Assembly (NCBI GenBank): GCA_963718915.1
Contig: CAVRAI010000013.1
Location: forward strand, 450,001-482,000
Length of the DNA stretch: 32,000 nt
DNA from: an uncultured Chloroflexia bacterium
GTDB lineage: Bacteria; Chloroflexota; Ktedonobacteria; Ktedonobacterales; JADMIN01
Direction: 5' to 3'
Part shown: piece by piece, positions 17,026-25,867 of the stretch
How positions within the stretch are numbered: the first letter of the stretch is position 1
How the letters are laid out: each line of letters starts with the position of its first letter
Notes under the pieces: model-generated
Seen by the model: the letters and a program-made list of their open reading frames with translations, nothing else
The model's database searches: none
Told to the model about the DNA's origin: nothing
Translations under genes and position numbers: made by a program

Positions 17026-17640
17026 ATGTCTGTAACGGTATATCAAGGTATCCACGATATTTTGGCACAGGCACAAGCAACCGCAACAGTCGCAGCAACG
17101 GCAACAGTAGCTCCAACAGTGGCGACAACTAGCACGTCGACTACATCAGGGGGCAGTAGTTTGGGCGCGTTGCAAAACCTGGTCGGGGTTATAATATTCT
17201 TCTTCGTGGCATTTGCCGTGATTTTCTGGCTAAGCCTCGTTTTCTGGACCTGGCGCGATGTCCGTTCCCGCACACAGGACGTTATCTTGCAAGTGACGGC
17301 CACCGGACTCGTCGCGGTCTTCAACATTGGCGGTCTCTTCATCTACCTCATTGTGCGGCCACGCCAGACACTGGCTGAGCTGTACGAGCGCCAGCTTGAG
17401 GAGGAATCGCTCCTGGCCGAGATGACCGAGCGCCAGACATGTCCGACCTGCCATTACCGGGTCGAGGGCGATTTCCAGATCTGCCCATCGTGCGGCACCA
17501 AGCTGCGTCGCCCATGTCCACGCTGCGATCATCTGCTGGAACTCAAGTGGAACGTCTGCCCGTACTGCGGGTACGGCGGCGGCGCGATGGATGGCGGGCG
17601 TGGCGCGCCAGCGAGACAACCCAGCCGCGCGGACAGGTGA
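17026..17640 (+). CDS. membrane protein with two TM helices (PLDc_N-like W..RD motif) and a C-terminal double zinc ribbon
   Basis: Candidate RBS GGAGAGGTGG upstream of the ATG. TM segments are VGVIIFFFVAFAVIFWLSLVFWTWRDV and LVAVFNIGGLFIYLIV. Zinc-ribbon pairs are CPTCHY..CPSCG and CPRCDH..CPYCG. Confidence 0.7.
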   Translation: MSVTVYQGIHDILAQAQATATVAATATVAPTVATTSTSTTSGGSSLGALQNLVGVIIFFFVAFAVIFWLSLVFWTWRDVRSRTQDVILQVTATGLVAVFNIGGLFIYLIVRPRQTLAELYERQLEEESLLAEMTERQTCPTCHYRVEGDFQICPSCGTKLRRPCPRCDHLLELKWNVCPYCGYGGGAMDGGRGAPARQPSRADR

Positions 17641-17680
17641 CGAAGCCCGACGATTCCGCGCGCAACAACGAGCACAATGA

Positions 17681-17710
17681 CAGCCCTCCACGATGGAGGG
17701 CTGCTTTGCT
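17681..17710 (+). terminator. candidate rho-independent terminator after the zinc-ribbon membrane protein gene
   Basis: Perfect 9-bp stem CAGCCCTCC / GGAGGGCTG with loop ACGAT at 17681-17703, followed by CTTTGCT, which is a weak T tract. Confidence 0.5.
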
Positions 17711-17869
17711 GTGGAGAACCTTTTGATACCCGATTAGGCTGGGTCGTTGCCGTTGGGGTGGGCCGACCGCAGCCTTCAGGCTGCGGCTAATTTCCCAGCC
17801 CCATTCGCCGTAGCGTTTACGCTACGGCCTGCCCCCGAAGGACAACAATCCAAACGAAATTGGTATGAC

Positions 17870-18475
17870 TCATCCCACCGGTGCGAATTCGTCGAGAATC
17901 TGCGGCTCGGCCCCCGCCGACAGCATCTCGTTGAGCGTGCGCTCCCCATCGCCCGCCTGTACATCCACCGGGCGTGACGCATCGATCAACACTGAGGTCT
18001 CGAAACCGCTTTTGAGAGCGTCGAGCACCGTGGCACGCACACAGTAGTCGGTGGCAAGACCACCCACGTAGACATGGCGCACCCCGCGCGCATGCAACGC
18101 ATCCACCAGAGACTGTCCATCAGGCAACACGGCCTCCAGCGCCGAATAGCCCTGATCTTCCTCGCTCATCCCCTTCGAAACGATCACTGTGCTCGGCGGC
18201 AGGCGAAGTTCTGGATGGAACTCCGCACCGGGCGTCCCCTGAACGCAGTGTGGCGGCCACGGGCCACCCTGGGCGGCAAAGTGGCGCGTCTGCTCCGGAT
18301 GCCAGTCGCGGCTGGCAAAGATGGGCATGCCCGCGTCGGCGGCCCGCGCCATATACTCGTTGAGGATGGGAACCACCACATGTCCCTCTGGCACTGCGAG
18401 CGAGCCACCAGGGCAGAAATCGTTCTGTACATCGACGATGATGAGCGCATCGGTCATCAGTTCGCTCCTTTGCAC
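17870..18475 (-). CDS. pncA: nicotinamidase/pyrazinamidase (isochorismatase family)
   Basis: ALIIVDVQNDFCPGGSLAVPEG...ASRDWHP...YVGGLATDYCV contains the catalytic Asp/Lys/Cys context of PncA. It lies immediately downstream of an NrtR-type regulator. Confidence 0.85.
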   Translation of the reverse strand: MQRSELMTDALIIVDVQNDFCPGGSLAVPEGHVVVPILNEYMARAADAGMPIFASRDWHPEQTRHFAAQGGPWPPHCVQGTPGAEFHPELRLPPSTVIVSKGMSEEDQGYSALEAVLPDGQSLVDALHARGVRHVYVGGLATDYCVRATVLDALKSGFETSVLIDASRPVDVQAGDGERTLNEMLSAGAEPQILDEFAPVG

Positions 18476-18496
18476 AGGCTGCCAGGAATGCGCCAG

Positions 18497-19231
18497 CTAT
18501 TTGTCCGCCCCTGGATTGAAGCGGTAGAGTGCGGCAGGCCGGTGTTGTCCAGCTTTGCGCGTCTCAGGAATCTGTTCGAGGATCCCGGTCGTGAGTACTT
18601 TCTTGCGAAAGTTGCGCTTATCGAGCGGGCGATTGAGGATTGCCTCGTAGACCTCCTGCAGCTCGCTCAGTGTGAAAGACGGCGCGAGCAACTGGAAGCC
18701 GATGGTGGTATATTCCAGCTTGCTGCGCAACCGCTGGCGGGTATAATCGAGAATATTGTCGTGATCAAAGGCAAGCGCCGGGTGCCCATATGCCGGAAAC
18801 CACTGGGCGTCGGCGGCGTCATCACCAGCGCGCAGATGGAGTTGATCCGCCCGCAGCAGCGCGTAATACACCACAGTGATGACACGTGTGCGTGGGTCGC
18901 GCCCCGGATCGCCGAATGTGTAGAGCTGCTCAAGATAGACATCGCTCACGCCAGTCTCCTCGCTCAGCTCGCGCCGGGCCGAGTCTTCGAGCGACTCATT
19001 CGGCTCGACGAAGCCGCCAGGAATCGCCCACATGCCCTCGAAGGGCCAGTGGCGGCGGCGCACCAGCAGCACCTCCAGCCGACGCTCGCGCACCGTGAGG
19101 ATGACGACATCCACCGTAACCGACGGCCGCTCATACGCGCTCGGATCGTAGGTCTCCTCGCGCTGACGGGACTCCTCCGGCGTGTCAATGCGCCCCGGTG
19201 TGGAGGTTGTGTTATCCGCGCTGGTTGACAC
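18497..19231 (-). CDS. nrtR: NrtR-type Nudix-related transcriptional regulator (Nudix domain plus C-terminal winged helix)
   Basis: The preferred start is GTG at 19231, with AGGAG 7 nt upstream on the minus strand; the ORF-track TTG at 19270 is less likely. The Nudix box GGFVEPNESLEDSARRELSEETGV is intact. The C-terminus FTLSELQEVYEAILNRPLDKRNFRKKV is typical of the NrtR wHTH domain. Confidence 0.8.
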   Translation of the reverse strand: MSTSADNTTSTPGRIDTPEESRQREETYDPSAYERPSVTVDVVILTVRERRLEVLLVRRRHWPFEGMWAIPGGFVEPNESLEDSARRELSEETGVSDVYLEQLYTFGDPGRDPRTRVITVVYYALLRADQLHLRAGDDAADAQWFPAYGHPALAFDHDNILDYTRQRLRSKLEYTTIGFQLLAPSFTLSELQEVYEAILNRPLDKRNFRKKVLTTGILEQIPETRKAGQHRPAALYRFNPGADK

Positions 19232-19462
19232 TGGACGTCTCCTGATTCCATGACTTATGAGCCAGAGCAAAACAGCTGTGGCACTTCAATTATACGTTAT
19301 AGTCAGATGGCAGGTGTTCGTTCGCGAATGACATTCACTTTGGCGTACAACAGCGGCAGAGCGGTGTTACCTTCATGGCCACAACTCGTCTGAAAGGAAA
19401 GGCGCAGTCGCGCGCGTTCTGGCAAGCGATCTGTGTTGAGCAGGAAGTGCTGAGTGGGTGAG

Positions 19463-21064
19463 ATGGATCAACCAGAAGAGCATGAAGAGAACGCGCGTAA
19501 CACTTTCTTCGAGCAGTTGCTGACGGTCAGGATGCCAACCGCCGGGCCAGCGAATCAAGCGCCATCCTCGCAGAATGCAATTGCCGATATGGACACGGCG
19601 AAGCAGACAGCCCCTCCGATTGGCCAGATACCTATCGAGCAGATACCCACCGCGCGCATTCAAGCGACGCATCCGCCGGTCATGTCCGCCGCGATGCATC
19701 GCGCAAGCGAAACGGCCCAATTCGACCTGGATCGGATGACCGGAGTGCCCGCAGCGGCTATCGAGACGCCCGCCATCACTGCTCCACCAATAGCGCTAAT
19801 GGATGGCGCACAAGCGCGTTCTACCCGCCATCGTCGGCGAAGGATCACCATCGTCGCGGTGGCTATCTTCCTGGTTGTCGCGGCCCTCACGCCGGTGCTG
19901 TATCAACTCTCGACCTCACACTTCCAGCGCGCGAGCCATACCAGCGGCTTCGCACAGGGAGCCAATCCGCCCCCTGGATGGCATCCGCAGGACTGGGCGC
20001 CGCTGGCGCGTCAGCAGGCTGAACTGAACTACGTGAATCAACTCATCGCGCACATGACGCTCGATCAGGAAATCGGCCAGATGATCATGCTCGGTTTCCT
20101 GGATACGCAGATGTCGCCAACACTTGCCTACACCATCAAACAGTACCACCTTGGCTCGGTGGTACTCTACGCCTGGAACATCACAGGAGCGGATCAGGTG
20201 AAGCAACTGACAGCGCAGATGCAGAGCCAGGCTGATCTGCCGCTCTTTGTGGCGACTGATCAGGAGGGCGGCAGCGTTAACCGACTCCAGGCGGTAGACG
20301 GACCACTGCCCGGCGCCTGGGCGATGGGCGCAAACGGTACCACAGACTATGCGCAGCAGCGTGGGGAATACGACGCGCAGCAGCTCTACAGTCTCGGCAT
20401 CAACGTCAACTTCGCGCCAGTGGTGGATGTCGCCAACACGTCTGGCGGCGATCTTGGCGGGCGCACGTTTGGCACGACAGCCGATCAGGTGACAAAGCTG
20501 GCGGGAGCGTATCTGAATGGTCTGCAATCCAGCGGCCATGTGATAGGAACCCTGAAACACTTTCCTGGACTCGGCGACGTGCCCACCGACCCACACGCAT
20601 CGCTGTATACCCTCAATCGCAGCAAGGCCGACCTCGAACGCATCGACTGGGCGCCCTATAAAGCGCTGCTTGCTACCGGCCAGGTCCAGATGATTATGTC
20701 CACGCACGTCGTGCTCTCGGCAATCGATCCAACTCGACCGGCGTCGCTCTCCGAGCCAGTGCTGACAGGGATTCTGCGCGACGAGTTGGGCTACCAGGGT
20801 GTCATCGTCACCGATGGCATCTATATGGGCGCACTCACCTCACACTACTCCTTCGACCAGATCATTCTCGATGCGGTCAAGGCTGGCAACGATATCATCT
20901 GCAGCACCTATTCCATCGAATCTACCGCCGAGACCGTGCGCGTGCTGAAAGCTGCGGTGCAGAGTGGCGACATCTCGAAATCGCGCATAGATGACTCGGT
21001 CAGACGCATTCTGCTGCTGAAACTGCATGATGGTGTGCTGACCATGCCACAGAGTCAAGGTTGA
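19463..21064 (+). CDS. glycoside hydrolase family 3 beta-N-acetylhexosaminidase (NagZ-like) with an N-terminal disordered region and a TM anchor
   Basis: TM segment ITIVAVAIFLVVAALTPVLY. GH3 motifs EIGQMIMLGF, ATDQEGGSVNRL and KHFPGLGDVPTDPH. Confidence 0.85.
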   Translation: MDQPEEHEENARNTFFEQLLTVRMPTAGPANQAPSSQNAIADMDTAKQTAPPIGQIPIEQIPTARIQATHPPVMSAAMHRASETAQFDLDRMTGVPAAAIETPAITAPPIALMDGAQARSTRHRRRRITIVAVAIFLVVAALTPVLYQLSTSHFQRASHTSGFAQGANPPPGWHPQDWAPLARQQAELNYVNQLIAHMTLDQEIGQMIMLGFLDTQMSPTLAYTIKQYHLGSVVLYAWNITGADQVKQLTAQMQSQADLPLFVATDQEGGSVNRLQAVDGPLPGAWAMGANGTTDYAQQRGEYDAQQLYSLGINVNFAPVVDVANTSGGDLGGRTFGTTADQVTKLAGAYLNGLQSSGHVIGTLKHFPGLGDVPTDPHASLYTLNRSKADLERIDWAPYKALLATGQVQMIMSTHVVLSAIDPTRPASLSEPVLTGILRDELGYQGVIVTDGIYMGALTSHYSFDQIILDAVKAGNDIICSTYSIESTAETVRVLKAAVQSGDISKSRIDDSVRRILLLKLHDGVLTMPQSQG

Positions 21065-21150
21065 TGGCGGACCCGCGGATGTGCGACACTGCGACCGATT
21101 GCCTGCAACCTGGCAGGTACATGGCGCTGTAGCGAGTGAAGAGGCGATCC

Positions 21151-21855
21151 ATGGCCAACGAAGCCGCAGATGCCCAGGCATATCCGATGCGGGGAATACC
21201 ACAGCCAACACGCGAGCAGGCGCTGACACTGCCGCAGGTCCATATCTCGCACCATCCCGTCATCGCGCATAAGATGACGCTGCTCCGCGACAAACGGACG
21301 GCGCCGCATGAGTTTTATCGCATCGTGCGCGAACTAGGGGCGCTGCTAGCCTATGAGTCCACCGCCGACCTAAAGCTGGAACCCGTGCGGATCGAGACGC
21401 CGATAGAGCAGACGTTTGGGAGCGCGTTGGCGGGTGGCGTGGGCATTGTGCCGATCTTGCGCGCTGGTCTGGGTCTGGCTGAGGGCTTCCGCGAGGTGTT
21501 GCCCGATGCGGCGGTCTGGCACCTGGGTCTGCGCAGGGATGAGCGGACACTGGAACCCATCGAGTACTACAATCAACTGGCGCGATCCAGCAATCTCCAG
21601 GTATGCTTCTCAGTAGATCCGATGCTGGCGACAGGGGGATCTGCGATTGATGCGCTCAACATTCTCAAGCGCTACGGCGTTCCTCACCTACGCTATGTAG
21701 CCTTGATTGGCGCGCCGTATGGTCTGCTGAAGTTGCGCCAGGCGCATCCCGACGTGCCGATATTTTTGGCGGCGCTCGACGAGCGGCTTGACGACCGCGG
21801 CTTCATCTGTCCCGGTCTCGGCGATGCGGGTGATCGTCAATTCGGCACACTCTAA
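21151..21855 (+). CDS. upp: uracil phosphoribosyltransferase
   Basis: HHPVIAHKMTLLRDKRT, FYRIVRELGALLAYE, VPILRAGLGL, DPMLATGGSA and ICPGLGDAGDRQFGT are the conserved UPRTase blocks. The start could also be the ATG at 21187. Confidence 0.85.
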   Translation: MANEAADAQAYPMRGIPQPTREQALTLPQVHISHHPVIAHKMTLLRDKRTAPHEFYRIVRELGALLAYESTADLKLEPVRIETPIEQTFGSALAGGVGIVPILRAGLGLAEGFREVLPDAAVWHLGLRRDERTLEPIEYYNQLARSSNLQVCFSVDPMLATGGSAIDALNILKRYGVPHLRYVALIGAPYGLLKLRQAHPDVPIFLAALDERLDDRGFICPGLGDAGDRQFGTL

Positions 21856-21954
21856 TAACACCAGGACAAGAGAGCCACGACCCGCCTGTGCATCGCATAA
21901 GGCGTGAAAGCGTCGGCATCGCGGTATTGACTGCACGCGAGACAGACAGGCAGA

Positions 21955-22496
21955 ATGGACAGGCGAACCCCAGTGGATGACCAGCGACTATCTCCAGACG
22001 ATCAACCACCCATTACGAGTAGCGGTGAACAACGGCATGACGTGCATGACGTGCATGACGCGGATGAAGGAACCGCGATGACCCCAGATATGGAGGCTGA
22101 GCTTCCCGAGGCGGGAGCCGTTCCTCCTGGCTACGACTGGCCGACGCATGGCGGCTACCTGGGCTGCCTGCTGGGGATCCTGCCCGCCTGTCTGGTCGCC
22201 GGTTTTCTGGGTTCGACATTCGTCGCGTGGCCCTGGTTCAACGGCAAAGCGACCTGTCGCCAGTCGTCTCAATCGTCCTGATTGTTGCGCTCTTCGTCGT
22301 GTGTGTGTACGGCTTTGGGCGCATCGGGTGGGTGCTCGGCCGCCGATTCTATCGCAAATATCCCCGTTCGGAGCCAACCTGGGGCGAAGACGAGAGCGCG
22401 GCGGACGTGGCGAACGCTGTACACGGAACGAACGCGCGTCGAGAAGGATTGCACGATACGACGTCAAATCAGACCGCGAGACAGACTACGCCGTAG
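21955..22496 (+). pseudogene. hypothetical two-TM membrane protein apparently split by one frameshift
   Basis: ORF 21955-22281 ends ...LGCLLGILPACLVAGFLGSTFVAWPWFNGK and then runs out of frame. The overlapping ORF in frame 0 continues DLSPVVSIVLIVALFVVCVYGFGRIGWVLGRRFYRKY. One extra A at AAA 22246-22248 joins them. Confidence 0.35.
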
Positions 22497-22547
22497 TGCC
22501 CGCCAACACATGCCGCATCGCTGCCAACTCCTGGCGATGCAACACCG

Positions 22548-22970
22548 TCAGCCGCGAAGGAGCGCCTCACCGTTGTCGGTCAGATAGACAAAAACCTCTC
22601 GCCGATCTTCGGTGCCACGCTCGCGGCGTACCAGGCCATGCCGGACGGTGCGGTCAATCAGCCCTACAACGCTGTGCTGGCGCATTTGAAGCCGGTGCGC
22701 AAGTTCCGACACAGTGGCATAATCGCGATGGGGAAATCCCTTAATGGCAAGCAGTAGCTGGTGCTGCTGCGGCGTGATGTGTTCGCGGCGGGCCGCTTGC
22801 TCGCTGAATCGGAGGAAGCGGCGGATGGCATAACGAAACGAGGCGATTGCCTGGATGTCGGCATCGTCAATCGCCTGGTCAGTTGCCACTGCCGAGTGAT
22901 TGACCGCTGGTTTCGTCGCTGAAGCTGCTCCAGAGAGCATCTGTGGTTCCACGGAGTATCCGCCCTTCAT
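22548..22970 (-). CDS. MarR-family transcriptional regulator
   Basis: FRYAIRRFLRFSEQAARREHITPQQHQLLLAIKGFPHRDYATVSELAHRLQMRQHSVVGLIDRTVRHGLVRRERGTEDRREVFVYLTDNGEALL is the typical MarR wHTH layout. Confidence 0.85.
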   Translation of the reverse strand: MKGGYSVEPQMLSGAASATKPAVNHSAVATDQAIDDADIQAIASFRYAIRRFLRFSEQAARREHITPQQHQLLLAIKGFPHRDYATVSELAHRLQMRQHSVVGLIDRTVRHGLVRRERGTEDRREVFVYLTDNGEALLRG

Positions 22971-23222
22971 TCAGTGACGATCAATCGGTGGCGATCATAC
23001 GTTAGCGCCAGGATGATTGCCGCACTCGCGCTGACCACGCTGCCGACCAGGCATAGGATACCCACGACGAGCTGGGTCGTGCGCGACGATGATGGCGCAT
23101 CGGTTCCGCGCGCTGGCGAGTAACCCGCAGGATGAAAGGGGGGCCGCCATAGGGCAACCCCGGCCCAACGCCTGAGCGACCAAAGCCATTATAGCCAGTT
23201 GCGCCTGGGATCATCGCTTCAG

Positions 23223-23696
23223 TCAGTTCATTGCCATCGCCGTCTGACCACCCCCGACGCGATATTGCTCCTGACCCGTCGCCCGCAGCCCACTGGCGCC
23301 GAATGTCAACCCGCTGGCTGTGCCCGTGGCAACCGGTGTTCCACACTGGCCGCAGAATGCGGTCCCGGTTTCGAGGCGCGCGCCGCAGGTACCGCAGAAT
23401 CGCCCGCCACTGGTCGCGCCACCGACAGGTGCGGTTGGGCGTGTTTCAGTAGGGTATGGGTTCATGCGAGAGCCGCGCGCGGATTGTGAGGTCGGCCCCG
23501 AAACGCCATACCCGCCCGGCGGTATATCCGCAGCCCGTGTCTCACCAAGCGACGGTGTATCTTCCGAGGGGTCATAGGCGCTGTCGCGCGCGGACCAGCC
23601 ACACACGCGGCATATTCCGCGAGCATCGACCGCATCGGCGCCACATTGTTCACAGGTGTTCACACTCAGCCTCCGGGATCGTCCGGGCCTCTTCAA
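23223..23696 (-). CDS. zinc-ribbon protein (two CxxC...CxxC ribbons separated by a low-complexity linker); probably the 5' part of a longer frameshifted gene ending at 22967
   Basis: Ribbon motifs are CEQCGADAVDARGICRVCG and FCGTCGARLETGTAFCGQCG. Downstream, other frames carry a Gly-rich linker and a TM helix (see the finding for 22967-23696). Confidence 0.6.
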   Translation of the reverse strand: MKRPGRSRRLSVNTCEQCGADAVDARGICRVCGWSARDSAYDPSEDTPSLGETRAADIPPGGYGVSGPTSQSARGSRMNPYPTETRPTAPVGGATSGGRFCGTCGARLETGTAFCGQCGTPVATGTASGLTFGASGLRATGQEQYRVGGGQTAMAMN

Positions 23697-23957
23697 TGCG
23701 GTTATCGCCGCATCGTATCAGCCTCCAGTATAGCGCCGGTCAGCCCACATGGCAACACAGCGCAACACTTGGGCGTACTTCTCTGTAGCGGATGATGACA
23801 CATTGGTATCGTCTCGTTGTGATCTCCGCCACATTCCCGCCTCTGGCATGACACTTTGGGTGGCTGGCGACGTTTTAGGTTCGTTTGGTGGTATATCAGC
23901 AGAGGGAGAGGGAGCCTCAGCGACCGCTCGCCTGTCGCAGACTCGAAGGAATTACTC

Positions 23958-25118
23958 ATGGCGCGTAGCAGTGGACCACAGCAGAATTATTCGGCCTGGG
24001 ATGCTCCGACTCAGCCGCCTCAGCTCCCGGATGACGCCATACCCCCGCCGCCGCTTCCGCCAGAGTTGACCAGTCCACTACACGGCGACGCCCTCCCAGT
24101 CCCGCCGCGCCGCAAGGCTCCCACAACACGACGCTTCGCGCGCGGCAGCAAAGCGCGGCGTGTGTTGCTGATCGTGTTACTGGCAGCGCTACTGGTCAGC
24201 GGTTTGCTGGCCCATCGACTCTGGGACTTTGGCAGCGCGATCTCGACACAGAATCCGCTCAGCACGCAGACACGTTTCATGACCACAGGCGACCGCGTCA
24301 ATCTACTCATCCTTGGATATGGTGGCGGCCAACACAACGGGCCAAATCTGACCGACAGCATGATCGTCGTCAGCATCAACCCGAAAGACAATGCGACGAC
24401 GATGATCTCGGCGCCGCGCGATCTCTGGGTGCAGGTACCGCCTCAGTCGGGCAACTACGCCAAGCTTAACACAGCCTACGAGAACGGGCTGGCCAACGGC
24501 TACAACGGCATCAGCGCGAGTCCGGCCGCAGGCGGCGCGGAGGCAGCGCGCAAGGTGAGCGATGTCACCGGTTTGCCGGTGCAATACTGGCTGACCATTA
24601 ACTTCGACGGTTTCCGCGAACTGGTCGACGCGCTCGGCGGCGTGGACGTGAACGTACCAGTTGGATGGACCGCCACCAATCTGGGTGGTGGACTGCCAGG
24701 ATCTGACACAGCCACCTTCAAGGCGGGCTTGCAGCATATGGATGGCGCGCGCGCGCTGCAATACGCTCGTGCCCGTTACATCACCTCGCCCGCGAGTGAG
24801 GGCAGCGACTTCGCTCGTTCGCGACGCCAGCTCCTGCTCATTCATGCCATCATCGACCGGGTGCGCTCGCTGGGAGCGATTCCGGAGTTGCCCGGCGTAA
24901 TGAATGCGTTGCAACAGACCCTCTATACCAACCTCTCGCTGGTTGATCTGACACTGCTCGCTACGAACGCGAATATCGACCACGCGGCGCTCATCGGTCT
25001 GACCAACGATAACGTGCTGGTGGACGCGGTGAGCGACGACGGCCAGGATATTCTGGAGCCTGCCAACGGCGATTGGGGCGCCATTCAGCGCTACATCAGC
25101 GCTCACCTCAAAAAATAA
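23958..25118 (+). CDS. LytR-CpsA-Psr (LCP) family cell-envelope glycopolymer transferase
   Basis: ATG at 23958 with GAAGGA 7 nt upstream. TM segment VLLIVLLAALLVSGLLA. LCP blocks NLLILGYGGG...TDSMIVVSINPKD, ISAPRDLWVQVP, INFDGFRELVDALGGVDVNVP and ALQYARARY. Confidence 0.85.
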   Translation: MARSSGPQQNYSAWDAPTQPPQLPDDAIPPPPLPPELTSPLHGDALPVPPRRKAPTTRRFARGSKARRVLLIVLLAALLVSGLLAHRLWDFGSAISTQNPLSTQTRFMTTGDRVNLLILGYGGGQHNGPNLTDSMIVVSINPKDNATTMISAPRDLWVQVPPQSGNYAKLNTAYENGLANGYNGISASPAAGGAEAARKVSDVTGLPVQYWLTINFDGFRELVDALGGVDVNVPVGWTATNLGGGLPGSDTATFKAGLQHMDGARALQYARARYITSPASEGSDFARSRRQLLLIHAIIDRVRSLGAIPELPGVMNALQQTLYTNLSLVDLTLLATNANIDHAALIGLTNDNVLVDAVSDDGQDILEPANGDWGAIQRYISAHLKK

Positions 25119-25141
25119 TCGAACGAGTCAGCGGCCCGGAA

Positions 25142-25660
25142 TCAATGGGCGGCATGCGAGCCGATGAACGCGACGACGAGATAGATGACCCACGCCAACA
25201 CGCACACGCCAATGGCCACGCCATAACAGCCAAACAGGCTGCGTTTGCGAATATCCAGCGCCTGGGCCAGCTGGACGTCCATATCAGGTGGATCAAGCTC
25301 GATGTCGGGCGCGACGCGCTGCAATTCGGGCAACAATTTGCGAAAATCGCGGACGTTGCTCATCCCTTCGGCGACGATGACGACATTGCCATCGTCCAGC
25401 TCGAACATCAGCACAAGCTTGCTGGGGTTAGGATCACCCGGCGCTAAAATCATGCGCCGTATGCTGGCGAGATTGAAGCGCGTCTCGGTATGTTCTTCCA
25501 GCAACGCGACATTGAAGGAATCGGGATAGAGTTGTAGCTCTTTGCCCAGCCCATAGCGCACACGCGCCAGCGGCCTCTCCCCATCCCCTGACTCGTCTGG
25601 TTCGTCTGGCTCATCAGGCAATGGCATCTCGTCGGTCAGGCTGGAAGAATCGTCGGGCAT
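25142..25660 (-). CDS. hypothetical membrane protein (acidic N-terminus, PH-like middle region, C-terminal TM helix)
   Basis: The ORF has coding-like composition. C-terminal TM segment FGCYGVAIGVCVLAWVIYLVVAFIG. I recognised no family. Confidence 0.5.
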   Translation of the reverse strand: MPDDSSSLTDEMPLPDEPDEPDESGDGERPLARVRYGLGKELQLYPDSFNVALLEEHTETRFNLASIRRMILAPGDPNPSKLVLMFELDDGNVVIVAEGMSNVRDFRKLLPELQRVAPDIELDPPDMDVQLAQALDIRKRSLFGCYGVAIGVCVLAWVIYLVVAFIGSHAAH

Positions 25661-25867
25661 CGTCTCTGCATTCCGGTCTATATGAAACGCAGCGAGTACG
25701 AAAGGTACGCCACTGCTTGTGTATCATTCTCCACGCTATTGTAGCACTGAGAGACGAACCCACGACGAACGAATACCACAAAGTGATCGCGGAAGATACG
25801 ACAGCCTCCCGCAGCTCCCGCTCCGGCTGGGGAACAGGCGCCAATCGGAAGGCCGAAGGGTTGCGAA

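Noticed and set aside
16747-17076. 109-aa minus-strand ORF in the spacer after the kinase gene
   Set aside because: It overlaps the start of the 17026 gene, has odd composition and no SD or motifs, and lies in a lower-GC, probably regulatory spacer.
17766-17828. Two further hairpins (CCGCAGCC-TTCA-GGCTGCGG at 17767-17786 and GCCGTAGCG-TTT-ACGCTACGGC at 17807-17828) between the convergent genes
   Set aside because: They are plausible bidirectional terminators for the convergent 17026 and pncA genes. They lack clear U tracts, so I did not list them as features.
18074-19228. 384-aa plus-strand ORF
   Set aside because: It is fully antisense to pncA and nrtR, which have clear catalytic and Nudix motifs. 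The translation is Arg-rich nonsense.
22036-22060. Tandem 9-nt repeat CATGACGTG x2.8
   Set aside because: It lies in frame within a putative ORF (encoding HDVHDVHD). It is too short and lacks spacers, so it is not a CRISPR array and is more likely a coding microsatellite.
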